Shown here piece after piece: positions 40,501-52,500 of a stretch of 58,220 nt of DNA. Made by a program: the position numbers and the translations under genes. This stretch comes from Candidatus Omnitrophota bacterium (lineage in GTDB: Bacteria; Omnitrophota; Gorgyraeia; Zapsychrales; JANLHA01): the NCBI GenBank assembly GCA_023247795.1, contig JAHFFT010000010.1, positions 1 through 58,220 of the forward strand. The letters are read 5' to 3'. How positions within the stretch are numbered: position 1 is the first letter of the stretch; each line of letters starts with the position of its first letter. The notes below the pieces were generated by a model. That model did not search any database and had not been told where the DNA came from. It saw nothing but the letters and a program-made list of their open reading frames with translations.

Positions 40501-43500
40501 GTCGGCAGAATGCTTTCCGATCGTCGGTGATAACCAATGTCATGGCCGCGCTGGCCGATTATCGCCAGCAAGGATTAACATCTTCGCTCGACAACAAAAC
40601 ATTTCAAGGTTTGCACGCCTTCCTCACCGCCCAGCAAATGAAAACCATCCTGCTGACCGATCAAGATGTGGCCCATCTTCAAGAATTCTTAAACACGAGC
40701 GACAGCCATTTTGGCCGCAGTGCTTATGACAGTCTTTTGGTCATGCTGGGTCTGAGCGCGGTTGATTTGCAGGATCCTCGACGGGTACAGATCGCGACTG
40801 CACTGATTTTGGTCGATATTCTTTTAGGTATCATCCGTTCTGACAGTCAGAAAGGCATGGCCTTGATCACGTCCATGTTTGCCCTGCATCTGGTGGCTGG
40901 GGCTAAGGGGATAGAGACCACGGGATACAATCTTGTGGCCAATGAGCAAGACTGGACTCAGGCCTTGGACTGGATTGAGCAGATTATCAATTCTGGTGGA
41001 CAGACCCAGCCACGGGGGCAAATATTTTATTTGGAAAATGGCCATTTCGTGACCGTAACCGAGATCAATCGAACGGCGCAGACCATCACGTTTAAAGATC
41101 ATCAAGAGACACGCACGGTATCTTTGGCTGAGTTTAAAAAGATATGGACAGGAAAGGTTTTGTTGGATCATTCAGTGGTATCGGCGTTACATCTCCAGAC
41201 GGTGATCGCCGATAAAATTTTGACCAATGACGTTATGAAAGAAACGCGTGGGGCGGGATTGTTCTCGTGGCTGGGTAAAATTTTTAAAGCCATTGGAAAC
41301 TGGATTGCTGATCATTGGAAAGCAATTCTTATTGTCGCGGTGATGTTGGTGACGATCGGTATTGCCGCTCCTGGGGTTTTTAGCGCGATGGGTCTTAGCT
41401 CACTTGTAAGCACCATTGGCAACGCGATCAGTGCCGCATGGACCGCGATCAGTGGCGCGTTTAGTTCGGCGTTCACGGCTGGCAGCACGAGCGGCATTGC
41501 CGCTTCAGCGACAAGTACAGCGGCATCGACTAGCGGTATTGGCGGAGCGGTTATGGGAGCAGGCGCCCATTTGATGACCACGGGCGCTGGATTCTGGTCA
41601 TTGGGTTTGGGATCGATTGCGTCAGGTGGTATTGGGGGAACCTTGCTTGGCATCGGACAACTCGCGCTGGGCGCTGTGACTTTTGCCGCGGGGGCCATTA
41701 CTTTTGGCGTTGGCTATTTTGTTTCATCACTGCAGGAGCAAATCAAAGGTTTTTACAAAGGGATCACCAATCCCTTTGAAGGGACGCACAGCGCTTTCTC
41801 GACGATCACCAAACCTTTCCAAGATTTTTCAGTCAAAGCGGCATTGAAAGCCGCGGCCGCGGGATACAAATTATCGCAAAGCGTTCAAAGGACATATAAC
41901 TTTGTCAAAACCAGCATCACCCAGGGGATTGGTGTTGCCCTCAAAGCATTTGCCCTGGACATTGGTTTTTCCATTTTGGCCGCGGCCACCATTGATTCGA
42001 TCAGCGCCGGACTCGAAGCGTTGTTCTCCGGCAAAGAGATGATCGAAGTATTTGACACCAAGACCGGCAAGGTTGTCGATACCTTTGATGTGGCGGACCG
42101 GGCCAGTGTTTTAGAACAGTTTGGTGATAAGCCTGGACAGATTGGCCGTTATACCATCAGGACCCGCACCAGCATTTGGTCAAAGCTTTTCCCACAGGTC
42201 AAACAAGGGGGAGAATATCTTTCCGCGGCATCGGCGAATACTGATACCTTGAGTTTTGGTTGGTCAAGCTTTGCCCAGTCAGCGCATTTGTCGTTGGTCC
42301 AGTCAATTGAAATTTTATCCAACGCGGTCGCGGACATTTTTATCAAGACGGAGCAGAATTTCTTTTTAAGGCTGGGGATCAACGCGGGGATCAGTGCTTC
42401 TCTCACCGCTGGTGGACTGTATCTTTCCAACGGAACACCGGAACAAATCATCCAGGCCGTCACCAGAAGATTTGGTAACGCCGCTTTTGACTCATTGACC
42501 ACCGAAGTGATGAATGAATTGGCGGCCCATGTCGAAAATAAATATCTCAAGTTATATCTGACGAAACTTTCAGCGCAATCGATCGGTGCTGTGCGCGGAG
42601 TTCTTGTGCCCAAATTAGAAGATTTGTTGGCGCCGATTTTAACCAAGGCGTTTAACATCCGTTCTGATGACCGCACCGGCATGCGGCATATTTTGGAACA
42701 GCAGGGTTTTATTGCTGTTCGGGAAAACGCGACTGATGATCTGGGAGAGATTGTCGGATATCGATGGAGCGACGGGACAAGGAGTTATTACATTGAAAAT
42801 ACCCCGTCCATAACACCCGATGGCAGCATTGTTTTCAACCGTTATTATTCTTCGAGTGCCAATGGTGAACTGATTTTGGTGAACGGTTATTCCGAGAAAA
42901 CAACATTCAATGAGAATGGCGATAAGATCACGATCAAAGAATGGGCGGTTGATGGGCATCGGGAAGTTGAATACACCAAGGAAGAATATTTTGATCCATC
43001 TTTACCGTATGAATGGCTGTCTACGCCGATTGTGACGGTGTCCAAGATGGTTTTTGAGGGCACAAGAATGCTTTCGGATGTCACGGTGATCACCTCATCG
43101 GATGAGAAAACAACGATCACCACGACGTTTGATGCGCAGACGGGCAAACCCACATTAGTCATAACGGTCATTGAGACCGGTCAGGAAACCAGGACATCGA
43201 GGACGAATTTTGAAGACGGGAAAAGAGTTTCGGATTTAACGGTGATCATCACACCTGAAGGGCGAACAACGATTACAACAGTTTTTGACAAAGAGACCGG
43301 TCAACAAAGACTTGTTATCACGGACATGGAAACGGACCAGGAAACCAGAAAATCAACGACGACGTATGTCGGTGGGAAAAAAGTTTCGGATCTAACAGTG
43401 ATCACCTCGCCTGGTCAGAAAGTGACAATCACCACAGCTTTCGACGGGGAGACAGTCTTATCAAGAACGATCGAAACGATCAAATACGGTTATAAGGAAA

Positions 43501-46500
43501 CCGTAATCTCCACAACAGTTTTCGAAGGGTTGAGGAGAGTTTCAGATCAGACGGTCATCATCGTCCCCGATGGAAGAACAACCATCATCACCGGTTTTGA
43601 TGGGGACACGATCCTTTCGCGGGTAACGACGCACGAGACTCTTTCCGGCGTCTCGATTGAAGTCAGCCAGTATGAGAATGGGGATTTGACTGGCAGCCGC
43701 GTTTGGACATCGACTTCCGACGATGAATCGCAAGGGACATTGGTCATCCGTGATGGCCAGGGTCGTACCATGCTCGTTTATGAAGGCATTAGCCGTGGTC
43801 TTATGGAAGAAGACCAGTCTGATCAAAAACCCATTTTGATCACGAGTTTTAATCCTGCAACACGACAGGCCATGATCAATCGCATTGAGCAGGCCTTCGG
43901 GACCCTCGGCAATTTTGATTTCGCCCGGTATGGATTGGGTTCACTCAGCCGTATTATCGCCAATATTCGTTTTGGCGGATTTGAATTTTATGTCGAGGAG
44001 ACGGAAGATAAAATTGTTTTTTACAAGACGGACCATCCGGGAGAACCCATTATGATCTTGACCAGAACTTCCGGGCCGTTGGACGTGATTTTGGGCCGGT
44101 CGGAAAAATGGAATCTCATTGTGTTCACCGCGAACGGCGCGGACCGTCATGGTGATTTTCTCAATATCCTTACCGGCGTCAAAGACGTTTATGCCAACGG
44201 TCAATTGAGATCAAGAGAGGTGGGTGAAATCAATTTGTTCACGAATCATTTGACGCCTTTCAAGATCATCACTTATCGAGATGATGGCGAATGGACGTCG
44301 ATCAAAGTGCTCGAGACCGATGGTGGCGGCATCACTTTTCCGGGATTTCAAAACGTCCGGTTTATCGTCAGCCGCACGGAGGTCGGTGAAAATCAATGGA
44401 CGACACAGTACTGGAACGTGTCCGGCAGCAATCAGGAAATCGCGCAAGATCATTTTTTAAGCCCTGGTTCTAAATTGACCGTTGACGCGGACGGAAATTC
44501 TTTTCTATCCATTGGCGGCACGTTTCTAGTCGATGGTAAGGCGTATTTCCGTCGGGATGACAGCCACATCGAAATCTCTCTGGTCGACTGGGACCGCGGG
44601 GGCTTGTACCGCGTCAATGTTTACGCGGCTGATTTGACCGTGTCTTTAAATCAGCTTGACATCCATCATTTGATTTCTTACAAAATCACCGACTACGAGG
44701 GCAACGTGGTGGAAAGTGTCGCCCCAGGTGATGTTGCCGGGACTTATGTGAGAACCTCTCAGGACGACATCGGTCACGTCTACCGCGCGGTTTATCAAGC
44801 ATCGTCCCTTGAGCAGATTTCAAACGCGAATCGTATTTCTTACACAATCACGATATGGGGTCAGGAGGTTGAGAATTTTGAAGCCCTTCCTGGCGGGCTA
44901 TTTGTCATCAATAAAATCAATCTGCAGACGGGAGAAATTGTCACCCACAATTTCCGTGGTGAAACATTTGAAGAAAGCATGGAGTATTCTTTTCAGCATA
45001 CCACACGGGAAGGGCTGGTCACGGAAAGCGCTGTTGTGCGCGGTAACGGAACCATTGAGCGAATGACGCGCAATGTCAAGACTGGTGAGGTCCGCAATAT
45101 GATTTTCCACGGCAGTTCGTTGACCGACGTGACCCCGGAAAATCTTTATTCCTTTGAAGTTTGGAATTCGAGAGGACAGAAAATAGCAAGCCGTGATCCC
45201 CTGGATGAAGGCGGTTTTGTGGACACCGAATGGGACCTGGCGAAGAATACCGTGACCGCGATCAGTTATAACGCGCAGGGGCAGAAAACCATGTTGATCA
45301 GGCATGGTCCTTCCGGGCCCCTCATGATCGCGTTTGTCAGCGGCGGTGAGGTGAATATGTTAACAAATCAATACACTTCTAATCCCACTGATGTTTTGTT
45401 GCAAGGACGGGTGATTAGGGGGAGGCTTGTGGGTGAGTGGGACCCTATCAATCGGCAGGTCCTTAAAGAAAATGCTTACGTATTTACCGGTCGGGAGTTG
45501 ACGAGGGTCTATGGTCCCGCGGTTTTAGCGAAGCTGGGGTTAGGAACAATCAATCCGGATGAACAATATTTTTTCTACGGAGACGCGATTTTGGCTGATG
45601 AAGCAAATCCTTATGGACAAAACCTTTTTATCCGGGCGGCATCAGGCAATGTGTCTAGACAATATTCCGCGATATGGAGACAAACCGGCGGTGTCATTCC
45701 TTTTGATTTCGAGTTCATTGGAAACATTACCTCGGGAACAACTGCCCATGGGGCCCAATTCTCTAACACCCGAGACGCCAATGGCGTCCTCATTGATCAG
45801 CGCGTTACTATGCCGTCGCAGTGGGGGGGAACATCAACGATGATCGTTGATCGGAATTTTGTTGCCACTCAAATTGAGACGAAACCGGATGGCAGCAGGG
45901 TTATTCAAACCGGTGGGGGGCTGATCTATTACATCAAACCTGGTGGCACCGACTCGGACAGAGTACTTTTAAATGGTCGCGGCTTTGGTTATGACGCTCG
46001 TACATTTGTCGACGGACGGCCGATGAGCCAGACCGAAAGTTGGAGAGTGAGTTTGGCCCAGAATGGTATCAGGACCGGTGTTCAGAATGGAGGGATGGGG
46101 GTTGGGATCGACGCTTTGATCGCGTTTTACAACTCCGGACAGATTGCCATCGGCGGCGCTTCGAATCTTTTGGGAGCGGGTGTTAATCTTTTTACCGACG
46201 GAGACTCCTTCTTGACCACATTGGGTGGTGGTTTGGTACAGAGTGGCGTTATTGGTCTTGGCAGTGACTTTAAGGCTGGCCCGGTGGGAGCGACGGTTGG
46301 TGTGGCTGCCGCCCTTGCCGGTCTTGGCTATTTGGGTGGTGTTAGTTTATCCGGCGGCGCTTCGGCAGCAGTTTCAAGTATTGGTAATGGGCTCATGAAC
46401 GCTGGCCGGGCTTATTTGGTTTATGACGCGCTGAATCAATTTGATGACGGTAACTACACAAAATTCGCAATGGATTTAGCGCTTCTTCCACTGGGACTCA

Positions 46501-49500
46501 AATCTTTGCCGGCGGGACTGATGACCCCGGCTAAACTCCTTGCCGGAGGCCTTCTTGGCTATGGCGCGTTTCAAACAGATAATCCTTATGAAAGAATTCT
46601 TTACGGAATTGGAGCGTTTGGAGCGTTGGGTTCTCTGGGGACAGGTGCCCTGGCGAGTCTTGCTAATCTTGTTCCCGGCGGATATTTTGGCGACGCGGAA
46701 CTATTATCACTCATGACGATACCGGCATGGGCGACCACAGCGGGCAAGTTTGCTCTTCCTGCCGCCTCATTGTTAGGAGGCGCGTATTTAGGAACGGATT
46801 ATTTACTCAATTATGAGGACCGCAATTTTAGTCAGGCGCTAGGCGCTGTTGCTTTACTTGCCATAGGCGCTATCGGTGGGGCCGGAGCATTGGCAGGTAC
46901 TGGGTTAGGCACGAGATTGTTTGGTCCGGGCGCCCAATTAGCGCAGCAATTCAATTCGATCGTTACGGTTGGCGAGGCGCTTTCGATGGCCGGTGCCGCG
47001 ACAGCTCAAGGTCTTTTGATTTCACCAAAGCTTTATGGATTGAGCAATTTTATTGTTAATCCCTTGTTCAATTTTGCTGAGCGGGCGGGAATTTATCACC
47101 CGACCTATAGCTATCTCGGTCAATCTTATCAAGGCGAGGAACTCTTGCAGTTATACAGCCGGCTTAATCCCAGTCAATTGAGTCAGGTAAGACCAGGCAG
47201 CTTTTTAACATCGATACAACAAAATATGCTGGGTTCGGCGCAGGGTGATTTGCAGTCGATCATGTTTACGACGGCTTTTGGCGCGCCATTTTCTTTTCTT
47301 ACCAAATTTGGTCTTGAGCCCGTTATCAATGGCGGCCTTGCCGGTCTCGCCGGGAATTATAGAAATTACGCGCTGTTCGCTGATCGGATCAGGAATGTTT
47401 ATAACACCTTCGCCGGTGGATCACTGGGTCTGGAATGGATTGGTGAGAATGTTCTAAAAAATGCTCCAGCGGAGTTTCGAGAATTTTTCCGTATTGTTGC
47501 CTCCGGGGTCGATGAGTGGGTTGTGGAAGACTATGCTTCGAAGCTGGCAACATCGATTGGGTTGCCAGATTTCATTTCTGAACAACTGGCAGAAATTTTA
47601 AGTTCGGGGGTGGAATACAATGCTGGTTATCAGTATCAGAATTTTTCTAATGTGATTATTGGTTCCGCCAATTTGGGAGACATTTCGAGAAGCGGTTACA
47701 CGGTTATTGGCCCAACCGGACAAATCAACACGCTGCAATTCCAACAATATTTAGTGGATCGTTTCGATATTTCTGATGAATTGGCCAGTCGTTTCGCGCA
47801 GAGCACGTTTTTGGCTGATGCGTTTATGACGGCCGTGTCAGGCGGACAATTCAGTTTGGTCGATTTGAACCAGTCCATCGTGGAAAACCTGCTTCTCACC
47901 CAAGCCATGGGGCAGATTTTAACAGCCGGGTCAGTGACCAACAGCATATTTCAGGGATTGGATTTTGGGCAGGGGCAAACGGCGCCAGTGACCAGAGAGG
48001 TCATTGAGGATTTCTTGACCGATACGTTAAAAGTGACGGTGCCAACACCGACACTGGATCTGATTTATTTTGCGTTGAGCGGTATCAGCACTTTGAATCC
48101 CAGTCAGCGAACGGCCTTGGCCAATGCCATTAGGATTTATGGGTTGGATATCGCGGCAGAACAGAGCGGGGAAACCAATGTACCACCAGCGGAAAAATTT
48201 GCCGCCTACACCCAACTGCAGGCGCTGATCCCAGTGCCGTTTGGCTGGGATCCAACAGAGGTTGTAAGACCACCGTCGCAGTTGACCGGACAAGCGAAAC
48301 TGGAAATGCGTGATCCAGGACGTCCAGCGGAATTGAACATTTACGTTCAGGGCGGACAGCGTATTACCGTGCAAGTGGACAACCCAGCTACATTTCAAGC
48401 TGTTTATACGCAATTGGCCGCCCAGGGTGGGCGCATGGAATTTGTCCAAAATGGCGGCGCGCAGATCCGTATTCTTAGCACGGCAGGAAATCCGATTTTA
48501 ACCGGCACGTTGGTTTTACCGACGGGAGTTGCTTTGGCGGATATCATACTCAATTTGGATATCCAGACCGGGACTTATTTGGATGTGCCGAACGCTTTTA
48601 AACAAGCTGTTGTTCAGGGGATTCAGCAAACCGCGCTCGAATACAGCAATGATTTGGCGGAACAGACAGAAGGGCTGGCCGAAAGTGCCGTCCGAAATCT
48701 GCAGATCGCGCCATTTTTGATTCAGAGCACCATGACCAAAGCGCTCAAGCTCGCTGATCTGCTGAAAAGAGGATCTTTGGGAACCGAAGCCCGGCAGATC
48801 CGGTTCGATCTCGAGAAGATTCTTTTGGCCGTTACTCCGCTGCTGAATGAAGATGCCATTTTGAATTCAATGGACCAGGAAATAAAAGCGGATGTCTTGT
48901 TTATGGTCATGGCATTGAATGACGCGATCAAGAATTCGGCAAATCGGAAATTGTTGAATGAAACTAAAACGATTTTTGACAATTTGTTGAGTCTTGGTGA
49001 ATATTCCTATGAACAGTTGGTGATGGTTAAAGACCTGCTGGCTGGACAGTGGAACGGCAGGTCCTTTGTTGAAAGTTTCAATTTGTTCAGATCATTTAGA
49101 TTAGAAGAAGATCCAGCCTTTGCGGCTAAAATGATTGGGTCAACTGTTACAAAAAATGATAGGAGGTCGATTTTTACCGCGATTGATGCTGCGAGGAGCA
49201 GGCCCGGAGGAACGACTTCTCTTGCCCAAATTCCTCGAGAGGGTTTTGATCATTTGCAAGATGCCGTTGCTGATTACATCGGTGGCAGCACAGTTCTAAT
49301 GGGAGAAGAGAGACAGGTCATCCTCGATGCCGCGCGAGGAAAACCCATTACGACAATGAAGGGCGCAACGATTGCGGATCCTTACCGGGTGGAATTGATT
49401 CAGGTGGATTTGGGTGATCAGAAGACCCATAGGATGGCCGAAGGCTCTAAATGGCCTGGACCTGTGGCTGTTAGACGTCTGGAACTTGACGATAACAATT

Positions 49501-52500
49501 CAATTGTCTTGCGCGTTTATGTGACAAAAGCACGGATGGGAGATGCTTTAAATAGCGATGATATGATCACTCTCGCTGAAGAAATCAAGCATGAGCTGGA
49601 TGAAGGGGTGTTGGGCAAGTCGCATCCAGAGGCGGTCTTAAGAGAGATTGATTTGGAAAATGGCGACCATGAGGAGATGCTTTCGTTGGCCACTAAGTAT
49701 CGTATGCGATTATTATCTCCAGAAAATTTGATTGATTTGATTGAAGGCACAGCAAATAAACACACTGAAAACTACAAGTTACACGCGAATGGATTGATCG
49801 ATAAACAGACCTATTTACGCCTTGTCCAACATACCATTGCTATTTTTGAGGAAGCAATCGTATTGCTGGAAAATGAGCAATTCCTTGCTTCGTTGGCATT
49901 GAGACAAGCCAATGCTTTTGTTTCCATATTGAAATCTTCGAACAAGGATCAGCTTGCTGAGTATTTTAAAACTTGGGAAATCCCTAGGTATGGTCCGATT
50001 GAGATGCGTTTATTTTGTTTGATTATTGCTATGAGTATTGATAGTACTAACCTGGATAAGATTATTAGTGTTGTCTTAAGTGGAGAAATTTCATCAGCAC
50101 AAAAGGATCGTCTTTCGGATTTTGTCATACAGGTATTAAATTCACGAAATAGTATCATTAGTCAGAACATGAAGTCTCCAGGAACTACGATTGAGTCGGC
50201 AGACAAAGGCGCGAGGAATAGCGATGTGAATTTAGCGAGAAACAATAATAGAGTAAAGACTTTAGGGAATGACAATAAATTTGCCGATGGCACAACAGTC
50301 TTGGAGAAAACGGCAAGTATCATCGAAGCCATGCAGCCTCCGGTTGGTTTGTCCGGTGAAGCGCTTGAAAGATTTAATCGAGAAAGAGATTTTCAGACGC
50401 AGGTGCTGCGGCAAGGGAATTATAAGATTGGGAGTAAGATCATTCAGCAGTTCAAAATTGAAGTGGTTGATCTCGAAGGTCGGGAGGCCTTTTCCGTCAT
50501 TAGTGATCAATCACAAGGCCGTGGGACAGGAATATTTTGGCAGGGAGAAAAAGATGGGTTCGTTCATATTTATATCACCAAAGCTTATTTGGAGCGTCTC
50601 ATTCGTCTGAATCAGCCGGTTATCCTTGCTGAAGTATTTAAACATGAGTTGGACCAAGCCATATTTGGTTACCGGCCGATCCAGACTGTGGCCCGGGAAA
50701 TCGATTTGGAACCCGGCGCTGACCACGCGCTTTCACTGGCCACCAAAGACCTTTTGTATCAAAGGATGGGGCAAACTCCAATCCAGTATATCGTCTACCT
50801 CTCCGGCCTCATTGACAATACTGAAACCAAAAAACAAGAAATCCGTAACGCTTATACGGCAGGAAATCTTACCGTCCAAGAACGCGACCGGCTTTTGGCC
50901 ATGGCCGATGAGGTCAAGGCCGAGGCCAATCATATTCTCAACATTTCCGGTCCTTTAGAAGTGACGCGCGACGCGAATGGCCGGGTCAATTTTATTCACT
51001 ACACCGATTCTTCAAATCCTCTTCAAGTGATAAAAGGATCGATTGTTCCGAAGTACGACGCGGCAGGTAAGCTCATCGATCTTGAAGGGACGATTCCTGA
51101 TTCCATACTCGATTATCTTTTCGCGAACGCGAACAATGTGATTTTGTGGGGCGCAAATGCGCAAGGGGTTTTAGCGGTGCTTCAGGCGAAATCCAGACCT
51201 AACCATACTGCTGAAGTGGTTGGAACGCATCCCTTCTTAGTTAATCTTTTTGATGGGACAGCGAAACAAAGGCTTTATGTGGCAGATGTTCATGGAGTTG
51301 TGAGGCCGTCTGTTTTCTCTAAGCCCAGTCAGGGACTCTTTAATTTATTAAACAGAGTGAGCAGCTCGCATTTTAATGAAGTGATGGATGCCGCTACGGG
51401 AATCATCCAGAGCGTCACTAACGAAAGAGTGGGGGATGCAGAAGTTTATGCCTATTTGATTTCTCACAGTCGTGAGCAGGTATTAGGTTTGTCTTCACGT
51501 GCATCTGCCACAGACTTTCGGTATTTATTAGAATTAAAAGATGCAATGGATTCTGTTGGAATGTTAAGCGGCAATCAATTAAATCAAGCCGCCATGAGTT
51601 ATTTGAGTGGTTTGGATACTTCCTACGAAATTTTACGCGCGCATGTCAATCAAGTCATCAGAAATTCGGGATCAAGTTCTGTGATTAGTAACGTTCAGGA
51701 AATTGTTCAGCTTAATCTTTGGGGCGTTGACGATGGACTGGAAACCAAAGTGTTTCAAGTGGAAGTTTTTCTAAGAGATGGCAGACGCGTGCAGTTTGCT
51801 TTGAATGTAGCGCGCGATACCACAACTTCTTCAAGCGATGTTAAAACGACATCCCAATTTATGCGTTCAAACTATGAATTAAATGAAGGTGGTCTTGCAG
51901 AAGTTTTTTCAGAGTCATCCGCTGTTGCAGTTGCGACTTTAAGTGGTCCTCAGAACGTTCAAGTGATGGCCGGCGCCTGGCTTGAAAATAGCAGAAAACT
52001 TAAAATTAAGGCGAATACCGGGCCTTTATTTTATGCGGTCGAACCAAACTCAAATAGAGAAATACCTATAAGCCGCGCGGAATCAAATACGATATGGTCC
52101 CAAATTGTCAGATTGATGACACTTAATTCTTCCATCGAATCATCCACGGGATCAGCTTTTGTTGTTTTCACTGACATTGCCCGCAATGACTATGTTCAAA
52201 TGGGAAATGGGGATATTCGCCTTACGTGGAGCGATGGTGTTCAAAAGGTCAGCGACCCAGCCCTTATTTTAGCGCGTGGTCTGCTTGTCCACACAACCGT
52301 TGTGCGTGATGGGACAGCAGAGCTCGCGAACGTTTATTGGGATGAGCCGGGACTTGCCATTCAGGCGATTGAAAGTGGATTTCTGCAACGGGCGCGCCGC
52401 CAGGCCCAATTAGAAGGACGGAGCGTTGCTGACGCGGAACGCGACGCACGAATCCAGTTGAATAATTTATGGGAACAGGCCTATACAAGGACACTTCCTT

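Noticed and set aside
41312-41698. 128-aa minus-strand Pro/Ala-rich ORF
   Set aside because: It is the reverse complement of the Gly/Ala-rich (GCN/GGN) transmembrane cluster 1 of gene 2. The Pro/Ala richness is a mirror artefact.
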